Part shown: positions 27,779-41,679 of the stretch, one piece after another
Position numbering within the stretch: the stretch's first letter is position 1
Layout: every line of letters starts with the position of its first letter
DNA from: Eledone cirrhosa
Taxonomy: Eukaryota
Assembly: GCA_964016885.1 (NCBI GenBank)
Contig: OZ024741.1
Span: forward strand, 334,676,001-334,740,000
DNA length: 64,000 nt
Direction: 5' to 3'
Translations under genes and position numbers: made by a program
Notes under the pieces: model-generated
Databases searched by the model: none
What the model was told of the DNA's origin: nothing
Seen by the model: the letters and a program-made list of their open reading frames with translations, nothing else

Positions 27779-27929
27779 CTCTCTCTCACATACTCACACA
27801 CACACAAATGACCATATCGACATCACCTTTCTCACCCCTTCATCCCTTCTACTTTCTCTCACTCCCCCTCTCTCTCACACACACAAATGACAAAATTGAC
27901 ACCACCTTTCTCCTCTCCCCCCCCCTCTC

Positions 27930-29118
27930 CTTCGGATTTCTTTAGTTGATTGATTGTTGCTGTTATTGTTGTTGCTGTTGTTATTGCATGCATGCTTGCT
28001 TTTCTCACGGAAAGTTACGAAGAAAACAGAAGCACCTTTCTCTTTCTCTCTCTCGTTCTCTTTGGACTTTAGAGTTTGTCACCAGTTTTTGGTGGGGATG
28101 TTCGAAACAGTTGCTTCACACACAAACACTTTAATAAGAAAAATACACATACACACTTTAGTAACAACAACAATATACACACACACAGTTTAGTAACAAC
28201 ACATACACGCTTTAGTAACAACAACATCACACTCTGTCTCGTGCAATACATACACAGTTTAGTATAAACCTTTATTTACTATTACAGGCAGTTGTGAGGA
28301 GTTGGTGACAAGAGCATCATCATCATCATCATCACACACATTCTCTCGCTCTACACACACGTGTATATATACCTGTGTAAGAATTACTTAATAACTTTGT
28401 CTTAACTCCGTTAGACCACTGTTGCAGCTACCACAACTGCCGCTTTCACCACTACAAACTATAAACACCGCCACCATACCATTATTACCGCCAAACCACC
28501 ACTACAGTGGCTACCTCAAACTCCAAGAGTAACACCGCCACCATCATAACCATTACCATAGCCGTCACCGCTACCACCGCCACAACCACGACCTCTACTA
28601 CCACAGAGACTACCATCGCCCGGCATCTTCACTACCACCACCACCACTACTAACTGAGGCTATACCATTTCTACGGAAAACTTTCACTTGATTAGCATCA
28701 CCTTTGTTTTTTATTTTTTCATCTTTATCAATTTTAAAACACTCCCATCCCCCTCACTAAAGTAACTTAATCAACTTGGCTTCCTTTGACGTCCCCCTCT
28801 CTACCTATCTACCACACTCTCGCACCACTCCTCTTCACTGTCATACCTATCTCTCACTCTCTGAGACGCCTCTCGCTATATATTTACCTATATATCTTAC
28901 CTACCTCACACATCTTCGCTCTCTCTCTCTCGCCGCTTGTCCCTCCCTCACTCACTCTCTCTCTCGTTCTCCTCTCAAAATTGATTTTTTTCATTCCGCT
29001 AAATTTTGCCACTCAGGCCACTGGTGGCTGTGTTATATTTGTCCGGCAGTTTTAATCTTCAGTTCAATCAGCAACGGAGGATTCTCTTCAAATTTATGGA
29101 TCTTTCCATGTGGTAAGT
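27930..29118 (+). other. Probable host-gene 5' region/first exon ending at a splice donor (possible coding start ATG GAT CTT TCC ATG TG = MDLSM..)
   Basis: No recognisable TE over ~1.2 kb, retained CpGs, (ACC)n/(CT)n leader-like tracts, consensus TG|GTAAGT at 29112/29113, ATG at 29096. No downstream exon identified. Confidence 0.4.
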
Positions 29119-29192
29119 ATTGACACTATTTCCTATTTTCATACGCACACACATATCTACACGCACACACAACACACACACACATATATATC

Positions 29193-29261
<69 letters not shown>

Positions 29262-29364
29262 TTATATATAAATTCGGCGACTATCTATTTCTCCCACCTA
29301 CCTCTCTATATATATTTTTCAAAGAATTGGCTGTACTCGGACACGGGTTGACTTCTATTCTGTG

Positions 29365-29416
<52 letters not shown>

Positions 29417-29549
29417 GAGAGAGAGAGAAGTATGTATAGATATGTGTGTATTTTATGTATATATATATATGTATGTATATATGTATAGATATGTATATGT
29501 ATGCATAGATATGTATATATGTAGATATGTATACTTGTATAGATATGTA

Positions 29550-29602
<53 letters not shown>

Positions 29603-29639
29603 GAAAGGTATAGAATTGTTTTAGCGAGAAGCTAATAGC

Positions 29640-30084
<445 letters not shown>

Positions 30085-30145
30085 ATATATTAACAATATA
30101 TGATATATATTAACAAATGGAAACTATATTTATAAAACCATATTT

Positions 30146-30209
30146 ATTTTATTATACATATTTCAGGGGCGACCAAGGCAAATTATGGTGCGCTTTCATC
30201 AGATAAAAT
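30146..30209 (-). ncRNA. Hammerhead motif (AUA site) in a ~160-bp repeat; second copy at 35070-35225 (+) has core CTAATGA
   Basis: ATTTTAT-CTGATGA-aaGCGcACCA..TGGT CGC ccct-GAAA-T ATGT A-TA-ATAAAAT. Confidence 0.55.
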
Positions 30210-30446
30210 ACAATACAGATTAGTTTTATAAATAAATATTGACATACCCTGAAAAAAGACAACCTTAACTGGATTATATGTATATATATATATATATAGG
30301 AACGAGTAGGACCCCGATGGCTGAGCTCAAGCCGTTTCGACGGCTAATTCTCATGGATTAGCCGTCCTATTACCCACTCTACTACTGTAAGTATTGAGTA
30401 CTTTGGTGCGTTATGGTCCACCTGTTTCCTTACCACATTTCTTTCG

Positions 30447-30497
<51 letters not shown>

Positions 30498-30931
30498 GTG
30501 TGTGTGTGTATAGAAAGAGATTAATGTTTATATATTTTACATATTTTACACACACTTTTTTCAGGCCTTTTCCTCATTTTTTTTCCACTTGGCTCTCGTT
30601 CTTTTTTTTTTTTTCAATCAAAGAATTAAGTTAAAATTATTTATGTCAGAAAACACAAACAATTGATATTTATATTAATTTGGTTGTGAGCACCAAACAC
30701 TGAATACTCTGAGTGGGGTTTGTATGTATCGAAGCATGTGTATATATGTATGTATGTATGGAAGTAGGTAAGATCATGTGTGTATGAATGTATGCATGTA
30801 TGTTTGTGTGAAAGTATGTGTGTATGTAAGAATATGTATATAAGTATGTATGTGTATGTAAAAGTATGTCAGCATGAAGCTATGTACACAGTAGATGATA
30901 ATGAACGTGAAAGTGTTATAAATATGTGTGC

Positions 30932-30959
<28 letters not shown>

Positions 30960-30965
<6 letters not shown>

Positions 30966-31445
30966 AAACAGAATTTAGAATCAAAAGGCCTGAGAGTAAA
31001 CTTAATCAAAACTAAACTGGTAGTGAGTAGGAGAGAAGATAGGACTCTGCTCAATATGTAGGCAGGGAGTAGGCATGAGCTCTTTGGGTACACAAGAGAC
31101 GTAGTGGGAAGGGAAAACTTTGTTTGCATAGGGGTTACCGAGGGGAAGATAGCCAGTGATGTAACCCTACCCCAGTCACATAAAATTGGTTGATAGACTC
31201 TGCTATTTAGGCAACGGTATTAGCAATGCGGGAGGGTGTCCTGAGAGCATAATAGCTAAAATAAGGATAGGATGGAAAAAGTTGAGAGAGCTACTCTCAC
31301 TGTTGACCACAAAAGGTTTCTCCTACGTACAAAAGGATGACTGTATGATGCCTGTGTGTGAAGTGCAATGCTGTGCAGAGAAGGACGCGTCCAACCTATG
31401 CAAGGATGGCAAAGCGGACGTAAAAACGATGATGATTCTGATGAT
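30960..31445 (+). mobile_element. RTE LINE RT fragments, internally deleted
   Basis: WKQNLESKGLRVNLIKTKL; CYLGNGIS..GGCPESIIAKIRIGWKKLRELL; (GAT) tail. Confidence 0.8.
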
Positions 31446-32319
31446 ATTGTATAGAGGTGTGTTGAAACAAACGTAACTCCATAGATGACAATAAAGGTGA
31501 AAGCATTACCGTCAGTCAAAATGCCAGGCAGTAAATATAAATTCCAACCTCTTTCTAACATTCTGTGTTCAAATTCTGCTGATATCACACAGACATACAT
31601 TCACACAAACATTCACACGAACACACACACACATACATTCACATACACACACACATACATTCACACAAACATTCACACGAAAACACACACATACATTCAC
31701 ATACACACACACACATACATTCACAAACGCATACACATACATTCACACAAACGCATACACATACATTCACACAAAGCGCATACACATACATTCACACAAA
31801 CGCACACACATACACTCACACAAACACATATATTCACACAAACACACATACATTCACACAAACACACATACTTTCACACAAACACACACATACATTCACA
31901 CAGACACGCATACATTCATACAGAAACACAGACATACATGCACACATTTACGCAAGCACACACATACACACACATTTACACAAACACACACCTTTAATCC
32001 TTCCGAAATCGATAAAGTATCAGTATAGGGCCACTTTGTCAGAGGAGTGCGGCTCATCTTAAACACTGCTCAGACTGGGGTGTAGTGTCTATCCTTCCCT
32101 CCTCCTTTCTTTTGTTGCTTAATTCTAATTTCATTTTCTTCTTTCCACCCCGTCCCCTCTATTTTGTTCCCTTTAGTAGTGTAGCTAGGTTTTGTAACGT
32201 TGTTTATACAACTGTGAATAAATATTTCCAATTTAAAAAAAAACAGAAAACAAAACAAAATGAATATGTAGAAATACTCCCAATAACCCGGAGGTCTTTT
32301 GTATGTGTGTAGGGGGGGG

Positions 32320-32930
32320 GGGACTCTAGGGTGAGGTACCCCCAATAACAAGGAGGGTTTTTGTAGGGGAAAAAAGTCTAGGGTGACGTACCCCAATAAC
32401 TAGTTGTTTTTTTTGTGAGGGAAAAATATCTAGGGTGAGGTATTTCAATAACTAGGAAGTTTTTTGTGGGGAAAAAAGTCTAGGGTGCGGTTTTTCGTTT
32501 GGAAAAAGTCTAGGGTGAGGTTTTTTGTTTGAAAAAAGTCTAGGGTGAGGTTTTTTGTTTGGAAAAAAGTCTAGGGTGAGGTTTTTTGTTGTAAAAAAGT
32601 CTAGGGTGAGGTTTTTTGTTGGAAAAAGGTCTAGGGTGAGGTTTTTTGTTGGAAAAAAAGTCTAGGGTGAGATTTTTTGTTGGGAAAAAAAAGTCTAGGG
32701 TGAGGTTTTTTGTTGGGAAAAAAAGTCTAGGGTGAGGTTTTTTGTGAAGGGGAAAATGTCTAGAGTGAGGTACCCTATGACCCATAGGTTTTTTTTTGGA
32801 GTGGAGGGGGATCTAGGATGTTGTACCTCAATAACTAGGACGTTTTATGTGGGGGGGGGGGGGAAAGTCTAGGGTGAGGTACTTCAATAACTAGGTTTTT
32901 TTGTGTAGAGGGACAAAGTTTAGGGTATCA
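32320..32930. repeat. Minisatellite, ~16 units with core TCTAGGGTGAGG
   Basis: Central 30-33-bp units AAAAAGTCTAGGGTGAGGTTTTTTGTTGG; outer ~50-55-bp units add TACCCCAATAACTAGG. Confidence 0.95.
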
Positions 32931-33239
32931 GGTGGTAATCAGCATTTTCTTTTTTACAAAAACAACTATTCTTTTATTTCTAAGATAAAATTACTTTAAA
33001 AATTATAAAGAATTTAATACTTAGTCAAACATAACGAAAAAGAAAATAGCATTGCATTTTTATATTTCTATAATACATTTATCATCATCATCATCGTCGT
33101 TGTTTTATGTCTTTTTATGGCACTGGCATGGGTCTGATGCGTTTGTCACATTCTGAGATTGGACACTGCTCAATAAAAAAATGAAAGTGCTTTTTGTCCT
33201 AACTGTTTGAATTCTGAGTTCAAATCCTACTAGATTTCA

Positions 33240-33475
33240 CTACCAGCACCCTCCCAGTTTACTACCACCAACACCACCACCAGCACAACCACCACCGGCA
33301 CTATCACCGCTACTACCACTACTACTACCACTATTACCACCACTACTACCACCACTACTACCACAACAAACACCACCACTACCATAACAGCCACCACAAC
33401 AACCGCTACAACCACCACCACTACCAACACCACCACTACTACCACAACAAACTCCGCCACCATCATAACCACCAA
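33240..33475. repeat. (ACC/ACT/ACA)n trinucleotide tract
   Basis: Direct inspection. Confidence 0.9.
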
Positions 33476-34131
33476 ATGCTCCCTGGATTCCGTTAATAAG
33501 CAGAGCTGACGTTGTTGCAAGTATTTGTGACAGCTTTCTGGGTTAAGGATACATTATATTCCCTAGTTTAGGGGGTACTTTGAAAGAGGACATGAGCACT
33601 GTCCCTTCTTTCTCTGACTATGACTAAAAATCTAGAAACATAAAAAAAATTCTTATTTCCTTATACATATATACCCTATTTATTATGCTTATGTTACACA
33701 TAGATAGTGTTTCAGGAGTATAAACACACATGAGTTTGTGTATGGGTAGAGTTAATAACATATTCAGTCGTTAGAACATTGGATAGAATGATAGAATGTT
33801 ATGCAGTGTTCTGGCTCTCTGCTCTCTCAGTTCAAATCTCACCAAAGTCAACTTTGCAAATTCATCCTTTAATTTTCAATGGAAAAAAAAGTATCAGTTT
33901 AAGTACTGAATTGGGGTCGAATTTCCCTCGATATCTTTCTCACTATCCCCTGCCCCTATATCACTTTCTTTCTCCAGAAATTGGCTCAGTTCAGACCTGG
34001 AGAGAAGATGGGTCCCACCTGGTCTAAAATGCCCAAGACATGCTGTGTCACTAAGGCACTCTAACGATTCCATCTGGAGGGATAATTTCTTACATACAAT
34101 ACATGCATGCATGCTTACACACACACACATA

Positions 34132-34333
34132 CGAGGATCGGCTGAAATGTTCATAGCCTGATTATGAAGGAGTGATGCTAGAGCTGTGAAATCTTGCATG
34201 CATTAATTCCAAGTCATTTTTTTTATTAATAACTGCATTGATTCTTTCCAGGGACTATGTTGAAAAATAAACCTCATTTGGTCATTCCATGAGAGTATCT
34301 TGGTCAGCCTATGAACTTTTCGGCTGACCCTCG
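34132..34333 (+). mobile_element. Mariner-type MITE; second, end-trimmed copy at 44711-44877 (-)
   Basis: TA|CGAGGATCGGCTGAAATGTTCATAG ... CTATGAACTTTTCGGCTGACCCTCG|TA. Confidence 0.9.
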
Positions 34334-34812
34334 TACATACATACAAATTATATATCTAAATGTTTGTACATACATTTTCCAAAAGTTTTAATACCAAGAT
34401 TTAAATGTTGCTTTAGAAACAAACTTTCCGAGACCAGTCTAGCCTGAGGCTATGTATATTATATATTTACCTAAGAATAGGTCATCCGAAAATATTCATA
34501 TATTGAAATAATCCCAAATATAGTTAAAAGGTGAGGAATGGTTAAAAGCAATGATCTCAGTAATTCCAATTGTATGTTTGGTATTTTATAAAGAACAAAT
34601 ATGTTTTCCAGCAGAATTCACTATTTTGTTATATGGAGTTTTTGAATACATGGATATGTATGTGTATATAGATGTATATATATGTGTGTGAGTATATAAC
34701 TATATGTATGTATATAACTATATGTATATAACTATATGTAAATATATTAGTATATATATATATTTATATATATATGTAAATATGTCTGTAAACCACAAAC
34801 TCTCCATCACAA

Positions 34813-34856
34813 TTCTACTTTTGAAAAGCACAACAACTGCGAAACCGGTAAAGGAA
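34813..34856 (+). ncRNA. Minimal hammerhead ribozyme, U3-A8 variant
   Basis: TTC ta CTT-TTGAAAA-GCA caacaac TGC-GAAA-CCGG-TA-AAG GAA; palindromic ACCGGT stem III typical of PLE HHRs. Confidence 0.65.
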
Positions 34857-34994
34857 CCAAATAAATATATATTCTTTTTAAAAAAAGACTCCAGTTGCAT
34901 TTTCGATTTCCTCTTTTTTCCTTATACTTTCACTCGTGTAGGACATCTCGTTTTTTTTCATTTTGTAAAAAAAACCTCACTTTCTAATATATAT

Positions 34995-35027
<33 letters not shown>

Positions 35028-35319
35028 ATTAAAGCTATAACTCCACCATCCGGGAGCTTCCAACAGTAATGGTTGCACTCTTTAAGGGTATGTCAATATT
35101 TATTTATAAAACTGCTCTATATTATATTTTATCTAATGAAAGCACACCATAATTTAACTTGGTGTCCTTGAAATATGTATAATGAAATAAATATGGTTTT
35201 ATAAATATAGTTTCCATTTGTTAATATCGTATTTTTACTCCAAATATTTGTTGAGTGCTTTATATCAGTTATAAAAATATTTGCTTGTTGTATCCCAACA
35301 ATTTAAACAGAACTTTTAC

Positions 35320-35395
<76 letters not shown>

Positions 35396-35548
35396 ATATG
35401 TTTGAATATATATGTATGCATATAGATATATATTTATGTATTTATGTATATATGTATATTTATGTATGTATATATATACGTGTGTATGCATGTGTATATA
35501 CATTATATATGTGTGTGTGTATATGTACATATGTATGAATACATATGT

Positions 35549-35603
<55 letters not shown>

Positions 35604-36108
35604 TAAGAAAATAAATAAAGGACAAGAAAACGAACTGAAAGAAAACAAAATGAAAAACAATTTTTTAAGGAGAAACCTTAAAAAATTATTTTAAAAAAAT
35701 ATATATAGAAACGAAGAACACATAACTCCATGGACATGGGCAGTTTCGACCCTTAACAACGGTACTGCTGGTCCATCCAGGGTCACAGCATCAGACATAA
35801 GCCAAACACTGTCCAAAGGAGTGGATAGACAAACAGTAATATATAGCCATTAACCTACAAACATATACAATTTTGTGTGATGTTAGGGAAAATGTCTTGT
35901 GCCTATATATTCATTGAGAGGTAATTTCTGCGTGACTAGTTTTCTTTTGTTCTCTGATTAAAGTGTGATAATCAGAACAGAATGAAACAGGACTAGTCCT
36001 GTAAAAGTCGTCTTTCAATGAAAAGTACTCTATCAATGTATTGCACTGTATCCCTTACTTAAATTCTGTTCCTTTCTATTCTTAAACACCTTATACTGCA
36101 TGCAGTAA

Positions 36109-36180
<72 letters not shown>

Positions 36181-36326
36181 TCAATGGTGGTGCCCCAGCA
36201 TGACCATTCCCTATCAGCTGGAACATGTAATAGAGTAATACACACATTTATTACTCAAATTTTATTCCCTGGTCTTTCCTCTTCTCACTCTCTATCCATC
36301 TATTTCATCTTTTATTTCTTATTCTA

Positions 36327-36364
36327 TCTTCTGATGAAGGACTAATGTCTGAAACATAATGACT
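36327..36364 (+). ncRNA. Decayed minimal hammerhead
   Basis: TCTT-CTGATGA-A-GGAC taat GTCT-GAAACATAATGA. Confidence 0.5.
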
Positions 36365-36494
36365 TTTTTCTTACTATATCAAGTGATCGAACTGTGTTGT
36401 TTGGTTTTGTTATTTCTGTTTACTTTTTGCATACATATGTTGATATATATGTTGATTTGAAACTGCACTATCCACAAGTGTTTTTAGGTCCTCC

Positions 36495-36565
36495 TATTTT
36501 ATCTGATGAAAACACAAATGTTATTGCATGATGATGTTTGTTTTTGAAATGTGCATAATAAAATA
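36495..36565 (+). ncRNA. Type-I hammerhead ribozyme, canonical core, AUA site
   Basis: TATTTTAT-CTGATGA-AAACACAAATGTTA..TGATGTTTGTTTTT-GAAA-T GTGC A-TA-ATAAAATA; perfect 8-bp stem I. Confidence 0.7.
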
Positions 36566-36593
36566 CATGGAACTCATTTAACCATCTTTTGAT

Positions 36594-36700
<107 letters not shown>

Positions 36701-36820
36701 GCCAGTGGAGAAATGCTGTGCTGAGAAGGACCCGTCGAGCCCATCCTAACGTGGAAGAACGGATGTAAAAACGATGATATATATATAATTCAAATGTATG
36801 GATATATGTATATATATAGA

Positions 36821-36970
36821 AAGAAAGAGCTGGATATCATTTGAAAAACATTATTTTGTACACACACAAAGCACAACTTATGTACATCAAATTTGAGTAA
36901 TAGAAAGAGCTGGATATCATTTGAAAAACATTATTTTGTACACACACAAAGCACATCTTATGTACATCAA
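36821..36970. repeat. Direct tandem duplication, 80-bp period
   Basis: agaaagagctggatatcatttgaaaaacattattttgtacacacacaaagcaca.cttatgtacatcaa occurs twice. Confidence 0.95.
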
Positions 36971-38348
36971 AGTGGAAAAGGTGTTTTAATAAGGGCCTCT
37001 GTCCTATAATGAAAAACAAAGTGAAATGAAGTGTCTTGCTCAAGAATGCAACACCTTGCCTGATCCGATTACAAATTCTGTGACCTAACCACTTGAGAAT
37101 TTGTCTTTTAAGATTGTTGGTAAATTTTCAGCAGCTTTTCTTATGAAATTAAGAGAAGTTTTGTAAATCCTTTACTACATAGGTCTTCTCTTTCTTGACT
37201 GACCTGGTGCTAAACACCTTTAATAAATGTCTGCCCAACAATATCTAATTAAAAATAATAACTCAGATTATATCATCATAATTGTTTTTATGTCTGTTTT
37301 TCCATGCTCACATGGGTTGAGCAGGTCCTTTTCAGCACAGCATCTCTCTACTCGTTCTTTCATAATCTCCTCTGTGAGTTTCAGCAATTTGATATCACCT
37401 CTCACCACCTCTACCCAGGTCTTTGTTGGTCTATCTCTGCTGCTGTTTTAATATAAATCACCACCCTGTGATCCCAGAGGACAGGATGGAGAGGACATTG
37501 CTCTGGAGGATGGTGAGGGAGACACGTTGGAACAGCCAAATACACCAGGTTGCCACAGGAGAAAGTGTTACAATAACTAACTAGAAATTGAGAATTATAT
37601 ATATTTTCACCTGTAAACGACATCATCCTGTAACTGACCTTAGTTTAAGAATGTCTTTTGTCCTTCCATCAGATGAAGATTTTAAAACATGGACATATAA
37701 ATATGGTGGATTAGCAGTATCGGTAGAGGGTCAGACGCCATGCTTTGCAGCATAGAGTTACGGCCCTTTATGATCTGAGTTCAAATCCCGCTGAGGTTAA
37801 CTTTGCCTTTCATCCTTACGGGGTCGATAAAATAAAGTACCAGTCACGCACTGAGGTCGATTTAATCGACTTTCCCCTCCCCCCAAATTACTGGCCTTAT
37901 GCCTATATAAGAAACCATTATTATAATTAACAAACATAGGTTTAGATAAGCTCCATGTGATATATACAAGAGGGAGGAGATTGATACATATGACAGAGGA
38001 TAATTGGAAGTTCCTACATGACAACCTAATATAAACAGAGACCCATCCAACCCCTACTAGAATGGAAAAATAGACATAAAATGAAGATTCTTATAGTGAT
38101 GGTGCTGGTGGACATGTGTTGTTATTATTATTACTATAACAGTATCAATACAGCATTGGACAACAGGCTTTGCTGCATGTAGTTACGGCCCTTTACATTC
38201 CGAGTTCAAATCCCACTGAGGTTAGTTTTGCCTTTCATCCTGAAGGGGTCGATAAAATAAAGTACCAGTAACACAGTGGGGTCGATTTAATCGACTTTCC
38301 CCTCCCCCCAAATTACTGGCCTTCTGCCTATATAAGAAACCATTATTG

Positions 38349-38584
38349 AAGAAGAAGAAGAAGAAGAAGAACGATCGACTTTCATCAAATCAGACCGAGG
38401 GAACAATGTTTCCGTTGGTCTTTCCAATTGCTAATACTATCTATCGGTCGCAACTCCAGGTAGAAGGAGCAACGTGAAATAAAGTGTCTTGCTCAAGGAC
38501 ATAACGCATCACCTGGTCCAGGATTCGAACTCACAACCTTACGATTGTGAATCCAATTCCCTAACCACTCAGCCACACGCCTTC
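38349..38584 (-). mobile_element. CORE-like SINE variant with a different 3' region and (CTT)n tail
   Basis: Family-B head and core; alternative tail also seen at ~21685-21840 and ~44560-44640. Confidence 0.75.
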
Positions 38585-38626
38585 ATTATTATTATTAGAG
38601 GGAAGAAGATTTGGCAGAATCATTAA

Positions 38627-39036
38627 CCCTTTAGCATTTAAACTGGCCATATCCGGCTAGAATTCTCTCACCTCTTTCTGTTCAAACCAGCTGTAACTGA
38701 TCGCTCATACTGATGTTAAGTTACTGTTCTCTAAATAAATAATTGTTTCTACTTTTGGCACAAGGCCAGCAATTACCCAGTACATTACTGGTACTTTATT
38801 TTATCGACCCCGTAAGGATGAAAGGCAAAGTTAACCTCGACGGGATTTGAACTTAGACCGTAAAGGGACGTAACTATGCTGGACTCTCTACCGATACTGC
38901 CAATCCACCGAAATAATATCAAAATCTCAGATTCGATCAAAATCACAGATTCGATATTATGTGAGATATTATGTAAAGTAAAGCCTTTACCATGAAAATA
39001 CAATAGTAAATATAAAGTAACGTAAATGCTAAAGGG
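38627..39036 (+). mobile_element. piggyBac-like MITE (family 1) with a SINE inserted at 38744-38910
   Basis: TTAA|CCCTTTAGCATTTA ... TAAATGCTAAAGGG|T(T)TAA; SINE flanked by AAATAAT duplication; uninterrupted copies at 50409-50616 and 58212-58422. Confidence 0.9.
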
Positions 39037-39595
39037 TTTAAGCATCAGACAAATACCTTGTGGTATTTGTTCCAGTTCATTATGCTATGAGTTCAAATCT
39101 CATGGAATGCATGAAACAATGTTTGTGGATATCTAGAAGAGTTTCTTCTGCTTCACATTAATCTCAAATGTCAGCAATGGTTAGGTATATTAGTGAATAT
39201 GTTTGATATTCTATTCAAATACATCTTAGAACACTTAGAATATATTTCCTTTTCTCAAAACTTGGTCTTATTTCACCTATTATTTATAATTGGATGCATT
39301 TGAAAGAGATGAAATGTTTAATCCTTACCTTATCTAATGAAAGACACTGCTTGTGTTTTCCAAATATTTTTGAAAAATAAAAGAATTTGGAGGGATTTAG
39401 TAATATAACTTTCTCATTATTAAGCCCAGCATTTGGATCTTAACTTCACAAGGTTTCTTTCAAAAAATTATGATCGAAAGTTATATTTTTTATATAAATA
39501 TAAACACTTTAACCCATTCATTACCATATTTCTAATGGAAGACACTGCTTATGGTTTTCCAAATAATTTTGAAAAATTCAAGAATTTGGAAAAAC

Positions 39596-39663
<68 letters not shown>

Positions 39664-39813
39664 TCAATCTAGTACTGACCTTGTACTTAATTTATCAAAC
39701 TCTAAAGAATGAAACATAAAGTTGATCTGAGCGCAGGATTTGAACTCGGAGAGAAGTGAGGCCTATGAAATATTGAAGATCTTTTAATCTGGCATCCTAA
39801 CGACTTTTCACTG

Positions 39814-39874
<61 letters not shown>

Positions 39875-40038
39875 CACACACACACAAATATTCATGCACA
39901 CGCATAAAACCACATGCACACATCTATATATACAGCCATATACACTCTTACATACATATATAAGGGCATCAATCATAAAGGACCGTAACTCTATGGTGAG
40001 AATCACTTACGATAATAAACACACACGCATATATATAC

Positions 40039-40070
<32 letters not shown>

Positions 40071-40425
40071 GAAAGGACATGCGCAGATATTTGAGAACAA
40101 TAATAATAATAAATTTAACAGCGTATAAAAACATATATAAAAAATATATATAAATAAAGATAAAATAAAAAATATTTTTTACCGGAGCAATACATGGATA
40201 CCTTAAATGAAAGATACATAAGTTAGCCTGATAATCACTCACACACATATATACAGATACATATACACACATGCTCACCCATAATATACATCTATAAACA
40301 CATACATATATATACACTCATACATACACATACATATAAAAAATCATACACTCATATACACACACACATATATATACACACGTCCACATATATACTCACC
40401 TATATATGCATATATACGATATATG

Positions 40426-40459
<34 letters not shown>

Positions 40460-41213
40460 CCCATATTATATATATATATACCCATATTATATGAATATAT
40501 ACATACATATTTAATTCAATATATACATATATACACATACAACCGTACGTACAAACACATATTTGTTTACATACATAGAAACGCATATACACGCTCATAC
40601 ACATGTAAATTCATACAAAGAAAAAATAAATATAATTGTTTCTACTATTGGCACAAGGCCAGCAATTATCTCAGTACATTACTGGTACTTTATTTTATCG
40701 ACCCCGTAAAGATATAATAGCACCCCAAAATATATTCATACATATCATTATATATGTTAAGTAACATTGGTAGAGAAAGGGAGTTTTCGTATCTAGTCAA
40801 CAAGAGTACAAAAGATGGAACATGTGCATAGTAGTAAGATTGGATGTAAATCATATGTAAGTGTTATCTGTATGTAATAACTATAATTAAATGTGTGTAA
40901 AATATATCATTAGAATGAAGGAGTGTTCGATGCATCATATAGAGTCCTCTACTTACATACCTAGACGTACATGTAGCAAAAGAAAGAAGTGAATATAATC
41001 AATAGGTGTATGTTATCTGTGTATTATAGGTATAATTAAATATATGTGATCATATTAAATATAAAGTTCAGGGTAGTTAGTATTAATGCTATTCCACAAT
41101 TGAAATATATATTCAGGGTTGTTGTGTGTCCAAGTTGATGCTGTTTTCATTCCAATAGGATAGCAGATGTGATCTTATATGTGGGCAACCTCTGAAAATT
41201 ATCTCCAAAACAT

Positions 41214-41431
41214 AATTATTTTGTCTGATGAATGAATTGGACGTTTCTGTAAGAATCGTCTAGTTTCTTGAAACCTTTGGTAATGGAATAATTATGTTGT
41301 GGTGTTTATTATGTAATTAAATTATCTATATATTATTTAATTACATAATATAATTATTCCATCACCAAAGGTTTTAAGAAATTAGACGATTCTTACAGAA
41401 ACGTCCAGCTAGTTCAGCAGACAAAATAATT
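41214..41431. repeat. Inverted repeat with ~95-105-bp arms and a ~12-nt loop
   Basis: ttattttgtctg..ggacgtttctgtaagaatcgtcta.tttctt.aaacctttggt.atggaataattat mirrored on the right. Confidence 0.9.
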
Positions 41432-41643
41432 TCAAAGAGCGGGCGGGATCGTCCTAACGAGTACCAGTTGTGTTCGAAATGCATCGACGATTGTCCCCCC
41501 TCCCCCACACACATTTCTTCTGCCGACCGCCGCTTGGTGCCGTTAGCTTCCAGTGGTTTTCATAGCTATGGCTTTCTAAATGTTTATTTATAAACATACC
41601 GTATTTCTTTAGAAATACGAAATTCAAATACATACATACATTC

Positions 41644-41679
<36 letters not shown>

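Noticed and set aside
32320-32930. CRISPR-like regular repeat
   Set aside because: Spacers are near-identical T/A tracts, there are no cas genes, and the context is eukaryotic
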